This document shows positions 1-9,045 of a stretch of 64,000 nt of DNA, one piece after another. Within the stretch, counting starts at the first letter, position 1, and the number at the start of each line of letters is the position of its first letter. The stretch spans positions 1 through 64,000 of IMG/VR virus record IMGVR_UViG_3300025697_000013. One strand, 5' to 3'. The notes below the pieces were generated by a model. The model was not told the DNA's origin. It saw only the letters and a program-made list of their open reading frames with translations, and made no database searches. Both the position numbers and the translations under genes were made by a program. The DNA comes from a virus.

Positions 1-202
1 CCTCTGCCCAGTCGATCCCGACGTGGGTCGGGTCGAGAGGCCCGTCGTGAGTGAGGTATTCCACGAGCCCAGGTCCGCTGCTCCTCGTGACGGCTCCACA
101 ACTTACCTCGATGCCTTCCTTCTGGCTGAACAGCCGCAAGAACTTCTCCCACAACCCGGCGATCCATCTGGGCGGTGGACCGATGTCGTCGACGATAGCC
201 AT
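1..202 (-). CDS. hypothetical protein, runs off window edge
   Basis: Open minus frame from ATG 202 (MAIVDDIGPPPRW...), last visible gene of the leftward operon. Confidence 0.45.
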   Translation of the reverse strand, partial: MAIVDDIGPPPRWIAGLWEKFLRLFSQKEGIEVSCGAVTRSSGPGLVEYLTHDGPLDPTHVGIDWAE

Positions 203-247
203 CTTGAATTGGATCGCTGCCTCTCGGAAGCGGGCACGCTGCGCTGG

Positions 248-463
248 TCAGGAATCGAACGGCAGCTCCGGGTGTGGACACGGGATCGGGACCTCCCGCG
301 TCTCGCACTCGCTCTCGACCAGGGCAGGGTATCCGCACTCGGGGCAGCCGGCAGAGTCCTTCCACCACCAGCCGCCTGGGGGGATCGCGTCGTCCCAGGC
401 GATCGGGGACCATTGCTTGCAGCGCGGGCACTGGGCCTCGCGGATGGTGGGAGGGGTCTTCAT
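248..463 (-). CDS. small Zn-ribbon-like hypothetical protein
   Basis: CPRC...CPEC; ATGA overlap with upstream gene. Confidence 0.55.
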   Translation of the reverse strand: MKTPPTIREAQCPRCKQWSPIAWDDAIPPGGWWWKDSAGCPECGYPALVESECETREVPIPCPHPELPFDS

Positions 464-690
464 GGGGTCCCCGTGCCACGGCGATCGAGGAACGAGGCCA
501 GCAGCCACCCGGCCCAGTACAACGCCAGAGCGATGATGAGGAGCGGCCAGAGGCCCGCAACCTCCAGCGTAGTGAGCATAATAACGTGGTCCCCGTCGCC
601 ATGCCGATGGCCTTTGGCGGATACTCCGATCCCAACCAAGAGGAACCCGACCATGTAGATCCAGAGAGCGATGATCATCCACTCAGCCAT
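460..690 (-). CDS. small membrane protein (2 TM)
   Basis: Two hydrophobic segments, GGAGG RBS. Confidence 0.6.
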   Translation of the reverse strand: MAEWMIIALWIYMVGFLLVGIGVSAKGHRHGDGDHVIMLTTLEVAGLWPLLIIALALYWAGWLLASFLDRRGTGTP

Positions 691-1093
691 TGGGCACCTC
701 CTCACAGTTGGGGATCGGTCCTGCGCCTGGTATGGTCCCTGCCTGGACGCTGAACGGGATATACCGCTGCCGAAGGACCTCCGCAACCCAGCGTTCTCTG
801 CCCTCCTCCTCGCTCATGCCGTGGACCCACACAAGGACGTGGTAGTCGGATCGCTCAAGGCCAAGGGCACCAAGGAAGCCATCGACAAAGGCGCGGGTCT
901 CCTCGGTGGTCCGGACCCTGGGGAGTCGGTCTTCGACGATCGTGACCACGAGCTTGTTATCGTTCTCTGCGCGCTTGAGATCGGCGGGGGTTGGGTACCG
1001 GCGGAAGATGAAGTCTTCGCGTCCGATCCGCTGGCAATGGACCCTGTTGAGGTCTCCGGCCCCGATGCTGACGATGGGAGGGCGTTCATTCAT
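683..1093 (-). CDS. hypothetical protein
   Basis: GGAGG RBS before ATG 1093, coupled to neighbours. Confidence 0.6.
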   Translation of the reverse strand: MNERPPIVSIGAGDLNRVHCQRIGREDFIFRRYPTPADLKRAENDNKLVVTIVEDRLPRVRTTEETRAFVDGFLGALGLERSDYHVLVWVHGMSEEEGRERWVAEVLRQRYIPFSVQAGTIPGAGPIPNCEEVPNG

Positions 1094-1840
1094 GGGGCAC
1101 CTCCGCGGCTGAGAGTGCGCAGGTCCAGCAATTCCTGTAGCGCGCGGTAGATCCGCATGTGATCCTCGGCGCATGCCTGTTCACAGACGCCCATCCGTTC
1201 CTCTGCGACGTGCTCGCAGTGGTCCATCATGGTCCGGACCTCGGTGTCGGTCGGCGGGATGGTGTTGCGCTTGCGGATGGCCAGGATCTCCTCGACGACG
1301 GTGGCACGGCCCTTGAGCATCGACTGCGGTAGCCCAGGGATCGGGTACGGTGGATGCGGGGCTTCCTCTTTTCCCTGTTCGTCTGAGGCGCTTCGGATCC
1401 CGTCATCCCAGTCCTCGCACCAGTCCCCGTCCTGTCTGCGCTCGTCCTTCTTCGGGCAGTGCCCCCAGGTGCCGGTACCGCTCACGTAGTGCATGCAGGT
1501 CTCGCAGGCGCCGAGTTTGGGGTGACGCGCCTGCCTCACGAACTCCAGAACCGCTTCCCCGAGCTGCTCCATCTCCCCGATCATGTGCACGCTGAGGGAT
1601 ACGAGATCGGGATCGTCGCTCTCGTCGCTGGGGGTCCACCTGGGCGCGCTCGTCGCAGTCGTCGTTCCAGGAAGGTCCCCAGGAGTCGAATGTCACAGAT
1701 CCCGGTCCCCACCCGCTGGGAGAGACAGAGAACGACCCGATCGGGTCGCCGCCCTTATCGGCAACCGCGTTGATGATCTCGTTGAAATCCTCGGCAAGTG
1801 CCAAGAGATCGTTGACAGTTGGGTTCTCGTTATCTGCCAT
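1090..1840 (-). pseudogene. hypothetical protein apparently split by a +1 frameshift at the homopolymer 1630-1634
   Basis: Removing one C from GAC CCC C AGC joins ORF 1403-1840 (strong RBS) to ORF 1090-1590. Confidence 0.5.
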
Positions 1841-1887
1841 GGTTCCTCCTCGTTGTGCCCATGGGGGCGGTCATTCATCCTGGGGTC

Positions 1888-1915
1888 AGCATGCCGCAGG
1901 CAGATGGGCAGGTCA
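1888..1915 (-). promoter_or_regulatory. leftward sigma70-like promoter (TTGACC-17-CATGCT)
   Basis: Divergent intergenic region; followed by the leader GACCCC-AGGATGA. Confidence 0.45.
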
Positions 1916-1922
1916 AGACAAT

Positions 1923-1937
1923 TCGACGACCCGTCGA
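1923..1937. promoter_or_regulatory. palindromic operator TCGACG-ACC-CGTCGA
   Basis: Perfect 6-bp inverted repeat between divergent promoters; recurs at other promoters. Confidence 0.75.
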
Positions 1938-1963
1938 TCTTTTTTCCCGTTTGCTTTTTCCGC

Positions 1964-1991
1964 TTGACAAAGATACGCCGTACCCTATGGT
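1964..1991 (+). promoter_or_regulatory. rightward sigma70-like promoter (TTGACA-16-TATGGT)
   Basis: Consensus -35, near-consensus -10, upstream of the 2010-8089 operon. Confidence 0.65.
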
Positions 1992-2009
1992 TATGACGTG
2001 GAGGACGAA

Positions 2010-2159
2010 ATGACGAAAGTAAAAATCCCACAGAAGTTGACGTGCCTGCGATGCGGACACGTCTGGATCCCCCGCAAGTCTACCGTGCTTGCTTGTCCGA
2101 AATGCCGATCTCCATATTGGAACCGGCCACGCAGGCAGAAAAAGAAGGCGGCCAAGTGA
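2010..2159 (+). CDS. 49-aa basic Zn-ribbon protein (not in ORF track)
   Basis: GGAGG RBS; MTKVKIPQKLTCLRCGHVWIPRKSTVLACPKCRSPYWNRPRRQKKKAAK. Confidence 0.75.
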   Translation: MTKVKIPQKLTCLRCGHVWIPRKSTVLACPKCRSPYWNRPRRQKKKAAK

Positions 2160-2290
2160 TCCACCGCGCCTACAAGACCGAACTGGACCCCAACGACCGG
2201 CAGCGGACCGCGCTGTTGCGTCATGCCGGCGCGGCCAGGTGGGCGTACAACTTCGGCCTTCGCCGTAAGGTAGACGCCTTCGAGGCAGCC
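2156..2290 (+). mobile_element. TnpB (IS200/IS605/IS607 OrfB) N-terminal remnant
   Basis: IHRAYKTELDPNDRQRTALLRHAGAARWAYNFGLRRK matches the HTH_OrfB_IS605 pattern; no RuvC or Zn finger follows. Confidence 0.7.
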
Positions 2291-2326
2291 TGGGGCGTTC
2301 CCTGTGACTTGGATGGAGGTGCCCTG

Positions 2327-2689
2327 ATGGAGACCGAGACCAGCAAGGTGAAGGTCCGGACCGGGCCGGTGAACCCGTACTACCTGCGGCTGCGCCCGCG
2401 GCGCCTGACGTTCCGGCAGCGGTTGCGGATCCTCTTTGGTGGGACGCTGACCACGTTCGTGGAGATGGACTCGGACGGGGCAGGCCCGTACCGCGCCCAG
2501 GGATACCTCCACGGCGCCACCGTCGGCGTCGAGCTGGCTGGCAGCGACGACTGGGAGTCCCTGGCCCCAGGCGGCCTGCTCTCGCCGTCGCAGGCGGAGC
2601 GGTTCCTTGAGGCGCTTGCAGGCGAGTCGGACATGACCGCGGAGCGGATGATCCTGGATGCAATACAGACGTCGGCCGGCGATAGCTGA
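2327..2689 (+). CDS. hypothetical protein (in frame with TnpB remnant)
   Basis: Own GGAGGT RBS before ATG 2327. Confidence 0.6.
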   Translation: METETSKVKVRTGPVNPYYLRLRPRRLTFRQRLRILFGGTLTTFVEMDSDGAGPYRAQGYLHGATVGVELAGSDDWESLAPGGLLSPSQAERFLEALAGESDMTAERMILDAIQTSAGDS

Positions 2690-2703
2690 CTGGGAGGTGT
2701 GAA

Positions 2704-3019
2704 ATGAACACAAGAGTCCTGTATCTGAAGAGTCGTGGCAAAGGGGACGCTCGGGAATGCTACTGTTGTGTAGATGAGTACGATAGCGTCTACAAGTGGT
2801 GCAGTTGGCCAGAGTGGCGTATCTATCCCCCAAGTGGTGCCATTTTCTTAGACGCTATCGAGATCCGCATACTGATCAAGGACGATCACCGAGACCAGAT
2901 CATGAAATTCGTGCAGAGCTCCGCCCCTTTCGATGTAGATTTGTCCGAGTGCGGACCCTGCGACGTATGCGATGGCCCCTGCCCCCTTCTTCATTGCGGA
3001 GCAGGAGACGGCCCCATGA
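2704..3019 (+). CDS. Cys-rich hypothetical protein (reads in frame into next gene as sequenced)
   Basis: GGAGGT RBS; a probable indel at C5 2982-2986 would end it at TGA 3017-3019. Confidence 0.45.
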
Positions 3020-3441
3020 GGACTATCATCGCCGGCAGCCGCGGGATCAAGGACATCGCCCTCGTCCGAGCTGCGGTGGACCTCGCGGGATTCGAGATCT
3101 CGGAGGTCTTCTCCGGAGGGGCCCAGGGCGTCGATCAGCTCGGGGAGTCGGTGGCGTACAGCCGTCACATCCAGGTGAGGACGTTCCCCGCTGATTGGGA
3201 CAAGCACGGCCTGTCGGCGGGGCCGATCCGCAATCTGGAGATGGCAGCCGCAGCGGACGCGCTGATCGCCGTGTGGGACGGTGAGAGCCGGGGGACCAAG
3301 CACATGATCGAGACGGCCGTGAAGGTCGGCTTGCGGGTATTCGTGCTCGGGCCTGGCGAGGGGGTACTGCCGGCGAACGATCGCAGGTTCCAGTGGTTGG
3401 AGCCGTTACATAAACAAACCAACAGCGGAGGACAGAGATGA
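3016..3441 (+). CDS. SLOG superfamily / YspA-like (DUF2493) protein
   Basis: IIAGSR...SGGAQGVD...ADWDKHG.SAGPIRN.EM...WDGESRGTKHMI. Confidence 0.85.
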   Translation: MRTIIAGSRGIKDIALVRAAVDLAGFEISEVFSGGAQGVDQLGESVAYSRHIQVRTFPADWDKHGLSAGPIRNLEMAAAADALIAVWDGESRGTKHMIETAVKVGLRVFVLGPGEGVLPANDRRFQWLEPLHKQTNSGGQR

Positions 3442-3713
3442 AGCAGTCGATTATCGACACAGTACAAAGGGAGTTTACAGAACGAGTACGGTCAGCGATC
3501 GCACTCCGTGCCAATCTCGTTGAGCGCGAGAAGAAGTACGCCGATGACAGACTCGCCCTCCATGATGAGGAACGCGCGATCATAGAGTTGGCCGTCTTCC
3601 TCGAGGACAACAAGCCGGAGGACTCGGAGGCCGCGCACCCGTTGCTCAAGGACGAAGAGACCCACTACCTCTTCGAGCGGCTCCGCAAGGTCGGCGCGAC
3701 GAACCTGCGATGA
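3438..3713 (+). CDS. hypothetical coiled-coil protein
   Basis: RBS, ATGA overlap. Confidence 0.6.
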   Translation: MKQSIIDTVQREFTERVRSAIALRANLVEREKKYADDRLALHDEERAIIELAVFLEDNKPEDSEAAHPLLKDEETHYLFERLRKVGATNLR

Positions 3714-3844
3714 CCTGGCCCGAGGGCTGCGTTCACGCCTTCGTGTGGGCCTCTTGCGCAGCGATGGGGGTGGTTGGCGCTCTGCCTGGTTGGGGGGCTC
3801 TCGTTGGCGCCCTGGTTGGATCGGCGATGATGAAGAGGAGGTAA
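3710..3844 (+). CDS. 44-aa Gly-rich membrane peptide
   Basis: ATGA overlap; MTWPEGCVHAFVWASCAAMGVVGALPGWGALVGALVGSAMMKRR. Confidence 0.45.
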   Translation: MTWPEGCVHAFVWASCAAMGVVGALPGWGALVGALVGSAMMKRR

Positions 3845-3847
3845 GCG

Positions 3848-3890
3848 ATGTCAGTAGCACAGCAACTCGGACACGTCCAGGCAGAGGCCT
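3848..3890 (+). repeat. 43-bp direct repeat of the 5' end of gene 7526-8089
   Basis: atgtcagtagcacagcaactcggacacgtccaggcagaggcct vs 7526-7568, 2 mismatches. Confidence 0.85.
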
Positions 3891-3906
3891 GGGAGGAAAA
3901 CAAGAC

Positions 3907-4307
3907 ATGAATAAGACACTCGAAGTAACGATCAGAATGACGGCAGCGATCCAGAAAGGTGCGCAAATGAAGGTGCGCAGAAACTTCTTGGATTTCTTCG
4001 CTGACAGGATTCGGCAGGCATGTACCGAGGGCAGTCTGGTGTCCATGATGGAGCGCCTGATTGAGTCTGTGGACTTTGCGGCAGACCAGATACCTGGCAT
4101 GGATGCGCTCCCGAGAACCATGACAGGCTGATTCGGTGGCTCCTGAAAAGGCGCGTCGGCGATGTCGAGAAGGCAGGCTGGGTCCGCGTCTACGGTCCAC
4201 CGGAGAGCATGCCAGGTGGGTACGACTGGGCGCATGAATCCAAGGCGTTCCTGACGGTGGCCCAGGAAAACAGGCTCTCACGCCTGGGGCACACTGTGTG
4301 GCCATGA
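3907..4307 (+). pseudogene. hypothetical protein with probable frameshift near 4110
   Basis: Frame 1 stops at 4131; adding one C gives ...ALPENHDRLIRWLLKRR... ending in an ATGA overlap at 4304-4307. Confidence 0.4.
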
Positions 4308-4525
4308 AGCCCCCTGCCCCGAAAGACTGCAAGCGCCTGGCCCGCCACTACGGCTGCGACGGCGTCCTCGTGATCGCCGTGGACTTCCAGGCAGAGGCGA
4401 TGGCCGGCGCGTCGTGGGGAGCAGACAAGACACGCTGCGGCTTCATGGCCGGGGTGCTCGACGACATGATAGACGAGTTAAATGATAGGGAGCCCCAGAG
4501 CCTCAAACAACGAACCGGAGGATGA
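4304..4525 (+). CDS. hypothetical protein
   Basis: Coupled ORF in operon. Confidence 0.55.
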   Translation: MKPPAPKDCKRLARHYGCDGVLVIAVDFQAEAMAGASWGADKTRCGFMAGVLDDMIDELNDREPQSLKQRTGG

Positions 4526-4746
4526 CCATGCAGATGATCCGAGCAGCTCGCAGCCTCGTCCAGGACTTTCGCAGAGGTGCCCGTCAGGTGGGCTACGCAG
4601 CGGGGCGCGTGAAGGGGCCGCTCCCCGTGCGGGTGGTCTTCCAGCTCACCGCGGCCGCGTGGCACTTGGTGGACATGGACCTCGCCCCCCTGGAGTACGC
4701 ACTGGCGACTCTGGAGCTGCGAGACGCCATGCGGGAGGTGGACTGA
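4522..4746 (+). CDS. hypothetical protein
   Basis: GGAGG RBS, ATGA overlap. Confidence 0.55.
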   Translation: MTMQMIRAARSLVQDFRRGARQVGYAAGRVKGPLPVRVVFQLTAAAWHLVDMDLAPLEYALATLELRDAMREVD

Positions 4747-4940
4747 TGCCTGACATGGAACGGGTGACCCGTAGGCTGCACATGGACATGGCCAGAGAGG
4801 GCAGGACGCACGATACCGAGGGCGAGGCCCGTAACTACTATCGAGGACTGGACAGGGGACGCATCGAGGCGGCGTGCATCGCGGTCGTCGTCGCAGTCGT
4901 TGCGGTCCTGGTCAGTCTGATCAAATCGGGGGTGCTGTAA
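4746..4940 (+). CDS. small protein with C-terminal TM helix
   Basis: RBS, TGATG overlap, hydrophobic C-terminus. Confidence 0.55.
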   Translation: MPDMERVTRRLHMDMAREGRTHDTEGEARNYYRGLDRGRIEAACIAVVVAVVAVLVSLIKSGVL

Positions 4941-5566
4941 TGGACACGCAAGGAATCCTGGAGCAATTCGACAAGGACACAGCAGACCACGTCCTGACCG
5001 TCACCCACGACGAAGGCGTCCACCGCTGTATGTCGTACAGAAAACCCGGGACCGGATGCATGGGCGTCCAGGTGACGACTTGGCCTGGACACATCGCTAT
5101 CTCGGGGGACATGGGCTGCTACGTCTTCTCGCGGACTGAGGACATGTTCACGTTCCATCGGCGTCGTGAGGATGACGAACCGGGCAGGATCAGTTGGAAC
5201 TACTGGGCTGAGAAGGTCGTTGCCCAGTGTAAGACGGCCGGCGTCGACGAGTTCGACCCGGACTACTTCAAGGAGTGCGTCGAGGAGTGGACCAAGGAGT
5301 ACCTGGACGAGCACGACGATCTCACAGAAGAGGAGCAGGCTGACTTGGTTGCCGCCGTCAACGACGACGTGCTCAGTGCTCGGTTCGACGGCGAGCACGC
5401 AGCGTGCGCCGCGCTGTACGGGGGTGAGTGCGGGGGCCATGGCAACATCTTCCCCGAGGCCTGCGATTGGCCGAGCTTCCGACAGTACACACACCACTTC
5501 ATCTGGGCCTGCTACTGCATCGAGCGGGTGATTGATGTGTACGACGAGGCCAAGGCCAGCCAGTGA
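4940..5566 (+). CDS. conserved phage hypothetical protein
   Basis: TWPGH.AISGDMG.YVFSR..DMF motif recognised from phage accessory proteins. Confidence 0.7.
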   Translation: MDTQGILEQFDKDTADHVLTVTHDEGVHRCMSYRKPGTGCMGVQVTTWPGHIAISGDMGCYVFSRTEDMFTFHRRREDDEPGRISWNYWAEKVVAQCKTAGVDEFDPDYFKECVEEWTKEYLDEHDDLTEEEQADLVAAVNDDVLSARFDGEHAACAALYGGECGGHGNIFPEACDWPSFRQYTHHFIWACYCIERVIDVYDEAKASQ

Positions 5567-6408
5567 GCGCCATCGAAACCACGTCGCAACTCCTCAACCT
5601 CCTGCGGCAGAAGCATTCGCAGAAGGACGGGGCATGGATCTACGTCGAGGAAGTGCCGTCTGCCACCGGATCGTCGTACTGGTCTGGCCGGTCCTTCGAC
5701 GCCGTCGCACTGGGCTGTTGGGATTCCAACCAGCGCCAGGTCATCATCTACGAGGTCAAGGCGTCCAGGGGCGACTTCGCACGGGAGCTCCAGAATCCGG
5801 CGAAGCGCCAGACGGCCATGAAGCTCGCCAACGAGTTCTACTTCGTCACACCCCACGGGCTCGTCAGAGACGATGAGATCCCCGAGGCCTGTGGCCTGAT
5901 CGTGATGACCAAGAACGGGGCGAAGCTCAGGACGGTGAAGCGGGCACAGCAGCGCCACGAGGATCGGACGGAGATCCCTCTCGCTTGGGCGACGGCGCTC
6001 CTGCGGCACCAGGCGAAGGCGATTGAGGAGCTCGCCCGTAGCTACCGATACGCAGGCAAGGACCTCACGGAAGACGACCTACAGGTGTTGATCCGGGAGA
6101 AGGCCCCTGCGTATGTCATGAAAGAAATCCGCGATGCTCAACTTCAGGCATCCAAGCAAGTGCAAGATGATGTACGGAACCGGATCGGAGAGTTGGAGTT
6201 GCCTATCCGCGATGCCCTGGGACTGGATCTCACGGCCGCGCCTGGACGACTGAATTACTGGCAGATCACCCAAGCGTTGCAGCGCCGGATCCAGCATCCA
6301 CCCATGAATGGAGTCGGACACATGCCGGGGCAACTGCGGCGGTGGGCTGCCGAGATGGATAAGTATCTGGACTGGGCGCGTGAAGCAAAATCAGGAGACC
6401 CCGAATGA
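5563..6408 (+). CDS. MmcB-like PD-(D/E)XK nuclease-fold protein
   Basis: FDAVA...YEVKASRGDF...EFYFVTP...DEIP..CGL. Confidence 0.75.
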   Translation: MSAIETTSQLLNLLRQKHSQKDGAWIYVEEVPSATGSSYWSGRSFDAVALGCWDSNQRQVIIYEVKASRGDFARELQNPAKRQTAMKLANEFYFVTPHGLVRDDEIPEACGLIVMTKNGAKLRTVKRAQQRHEDRTEIPLAWATALLRHQAKAIEELARSYRYAGKDLTEDDLQVLIREKAPAYVMKEIRDAQLQASKQVQDDVRNRIGELELPIRDALGLDLTAAPGRLNYWQITQALQRRIQHPPMNGVGHMPGQLRRWAAEMDKYLDWAREAKSGDPE

Positions 6409-7178
6409 ACCGCACCGGCATAGAATACTGCGACTTCACATGGAATCCAAACTCGGGATGCTCTCACGTCTCCGCAGGGTGTGACCACTGCTGGGCCCGC
6501 CGCATGGCGACGCGACTGGCAGGCCGTGTTGGCTACGACAAGGACGAGCCGTTCCGACCGACGTTCCACCCGGACCGGCTCGACCAACCACTGCGGAGGA
6601 AGAAGCCCGCGGTGATCGCGGTGGGATTCATGGGGGACCTGTTTCACCCGTCGCTTCCGAACGTGGCACGGTACGCCATCCTCGATACGATGGGACAGGC
6701 GCCGCAGCATCAGTTTCTTCTCTTGACCAAGCGCGCCCGCCACATGGCCTTCTTCTCCGCGCTGCATGGCGTCGTCTGGCCCGACAACGTCTGGCTCGGG
6801 GTGTCCGTCGAAGACCAGGCCACGGCCGATGAACGGATCCCCGCGTTGGTGTCCGTGACGGGGGGCGCCGGGAAGTGGGCCAGCATCGAACCCATGCTCG
6901 GGCCGGTGGACCTCGACATCGACATCGGGCAGGGTGTCGGCGATGTGGGCATGGACCGCCTTGATTGGGTTGTCGCCGGCGCGGAGAGCGGCCCCGGTCA
7001 CAGGCCCATGGAATGGGAGTGGGCCAACGATATCCAACGAGCATGCCGCGACGACCGTGTGCCGTTCATGCTCAAACAAGCCTACTGCGGGAATCAACTC
7101 GTCTCGCTGCCTGGGCTCGGCGACGAGGCATGCGACGACAACCCGGCGCGGGACGCGCTCAAGGAAGGTGGACGATGA
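6405..7178 (+). CDS. DUF5131 / Gp37Gp68 family protein (three-Cys, radical-SAM-like)
   Basis: TWNP.SGCSHVSAGCDHCWA, MGDLFH, LLTKR, NVWLGVSVEDQ, SIEPMLGP, DWVVAGAESG. Confidence 0.9.
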   Translation: MNRTGIEYCDFTWNPNSGCSHVSAGCDHCWARRMATRLAGRVGYDKDEPFRPTFHPDRLDQPLRRKKPAVIAVGFMGDLFHPSLPNVARYAILDTMGQAPQHQFLLLTKRARHMAFFSALHGVVWPDNVWLGVSVEDQATADERIPALVSVTGGAGKWASIEPMLGPVDLDIDIGQGVGDVGMDRLDWVVAGAESGPGHRPMEWEWANDIQRACRDDRVPFMLKQAYCGNQLVSLPGLGDEACDDNPARDALKEGGR

Positions 7179-7516
7179 GTGAGATCAGGCAACTCGACGA
7201 GGCGATCCTGCACTGCGGCGAGGTCGCGACGAAGGGCAGGGACTGCGCTGCGGACCACGAGCAGCTCCGCTCCTGGCTCATGGATCTCCGACGCCTACGC
7301 GCCATCTTCCCCCGAATCCTGAATGCCCTCTGCAATGGCTCGGGCTGTCTACCCGAGGCGTCTGTGGAATTCATGGAAGGGATCCCCGACGAGGTGCGGG
7401 CCGAGGTCCAGAAGTGGAGGTACCTTGCCTCCGACCCCGCGCAGTACACAGAGAAGGACCCACCCGGACCGGGTGGACCGTACGCGTACAACGGCGGGCA
7501 CTGCGAGTGCCATTGA
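7175..7516 (+). CDS. hypothetical protein
   Basis: ATGA overlap; LDEAILHC...CAADHEQL..WL motif. Confidence 0.6.
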   Translation: MSEIRQLDEAILHCGEVATKGRDCAADHEQLRSWLMDLRRLRAIFPRILNALCNGSGCLPEASVEFMEGIPDEVRAEVQKWRYLASDPAQYTEKDPPGPGGPYAYNGGHCECH

Positions 7517-7525
7517 GGAGGAACC

Positions 7526-8089
7526 ATGTCAGCAGCACAGCAATTCGGACACGTCCAGGCAGAGGCCTTCTGCCTCATGTGGTACGCGCCCAACCCGAAC
7601 CGTGGATCCAACTACGAGCGGATCTGGAACTCCAGGGACGGCGTGACCCCGTTCATCATCTCTGCGAAGGACAATCCCAAGCAGGAGATGCAGCACGTCC
7701 AATGGAGCGCCGACCAGTACGACCCGTTCCACGTCCCGCAGGTGGGGGACCGGATCTTCGTGACCGCGACTAGGGAGAACATGCATCTGCTGGCAGTGGA
7801 CTTCGTCGACCGCTTCTGGGACTCCGAGCAGGGGCCGCCGATGAATGACTCCTACGCCACCAAGGAGGAGGCAGTGGAGGGGATGCTCCAAAGCTGGCTC
7901 GGGGATGGGAACCAGCCCACCATCGTCGAGGTGACTCCGATGATGCAGGAGCAGTTCAAGAAGCGGGTTGAATCGGGGGAGGTCCACCTGGAGGTCCTGG
8001 CCGGCCTGATCGGGAAGACCCCCAAGGACAAGCTCGCTCAGGTCGCAGACCTGGTTGACGTGCTGAGGGTTGTCCCGCCTGCCTGCTGA
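7526..8089 (+). CDS. hypothetical protein
   Basis: GAGGAGG RBS, 187 aa. Confidence 0.7.
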   Translation: MSAAQQFGHVQAEAFCLMWYAPNPNRGSNYERIWNSRDGVTPFIISAKDNPKQEMQHVQWSADQYDPFHVPQVGDRIFVTATRENMHLLAVDFVDRFWDSEQGPPMNDSYATKEEAVEGMLQSWLGDGNQPTIVEVTPMMQEQFKKRVESGEVHLEVLAGLIGKTPKDKLAQVADLVDVLRVVPPAC

Positions 8090-8107
8090 GTTATCGTTTC
8101 AGGAATA

Positions 8108-8350
8108 TTACGCGGTCAGTTTTTCAACACCGTCGTCTGCCTGCCGCTGCGCCCGCTCCCAAGCCCTGGACTCGTAGAGCCAGTCGAAGAAATCGTCTAG
8201 GTCGAAGGCGTGGGCTCTGCCGCGGGTCAGGGTCACCTTCCAGCCGCGGACAGTCGCGATGTACTGGACCGCCTGCTGGGTCACCCCATAGAGGCGCTGG
8301 GCCTCCGGTGCTGTGATGTAGCCAGGCGGGGAGTCGTAGGGGCGATCCAT
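8108..8350 (-). CDS. excisionase-like HTH DNA-binding protein
   Basis: YITAPEAQRLYGVTQQAVQY helix-turn-helix pattern. Confidence 0.55.
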   Translation of the reverse strand: MDRPYDSPPGYITAPEAQRLYGVTQQAVQYIATVRGWKVTLTRGRAHAFDLDDFFDWLYESRAWERAQRQADDGVEKLTA

Positions 8351-8471
8351 TAGAGGTGCCTGCGACGCTGCTCGATGTCGTCCTCCGCACTGGGCTCCAG
8401 GCGCCCGTCACCCATCGTCACCGTCACTCGCATACCTCGATGGAGCGAGTGCTTGGGTTGGCTCTGCATGA

Positions 8472-8702
8472 TCATTCTCCTTTGGCCTTGGCGATGGCCG
8501 CGGTCGCCATCACCTGGTTCTCATGCCGTACCAGCAGCGCACGCAGGAAACGGGCAAGGTCTGTGGCCTCCCCGTATTCCTCGCTGGTAGCCATATGTAT
8601 GCTGGTGCCCCCGTCGCGTCGTGGCCAGCAGGGTGAAATCTCGATGGCGAACCTATCGACTTTAAACATGGGCCTGTTGCGGACTTCCCCGATTTTCCTC
8701 AT
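8472..8702 (-). CDS. hypothetical protein
   Basis: AAGGAGG RBS. Confidence 0.55.
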   Translation of the reverse strand: MRKIGEVRNRPMFKVDRFAIEISPCWPRRDGGTSIHMATSEEYGEATDLARFLRALLVRHENQVMATAAIAKAKGE

Positions 8703-8712
8703 CCCGTCCTCC

Positions 8713-8967
8713 TTACATCCAGCAAACGATGTCGATATCAGCGTCCGAGGCCAGCGCCTCTGCGCCGGGGCCGCTGATGGTGATCTCGGGGTAGGCCCCG
8801 TCCATGTCGTCGTCGTATGCCTCCGCCGTGGGGTACGCACAGATCCGTCCAGCCGCGTCGCCGTAGGCCGTGGGGTCGTCCCAATCGCCGATCAGCGCCC
8901 GGAGGTCGGCCTCGGTGGCCTCGGTAATCGTGGGCTGTCCGTTCATTTGCTTGATCGTCGCCTTCAT
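8713..8967 (-). CDS. acidic hypothetical protein
   Basis: ORF in leftward operon. Confidence 0.55.
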   Translation of the reverse strand: MKATIKQMNGQPTITEATEADLRALIGDWDDPTAYGDAAGRICAYPTAEAYDDDMDGAYPEITISGPGAEALASDADIDIVCWM

Positions 8968-9045
8968 CTCGTCCCCCTATTTGCTCGCCAAAACAGCCAG
9001 CGCCCTTGCTGCGCTGCCCCGGCGGGCGATCAATTCACGGGCCTT

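Noticed and set aside
2704-3441. Novel Cys-rich domain-SLOG fusion protein
   Set aside because: Internal RBS and ATGA junction at 3016 suggest two genes joined by a homopolymer indel.
4132-4300. Non-coding gap / possible RNA gene
   Set aside because: Better explained as the frameshifted 3' half of the gene starting at 3907.
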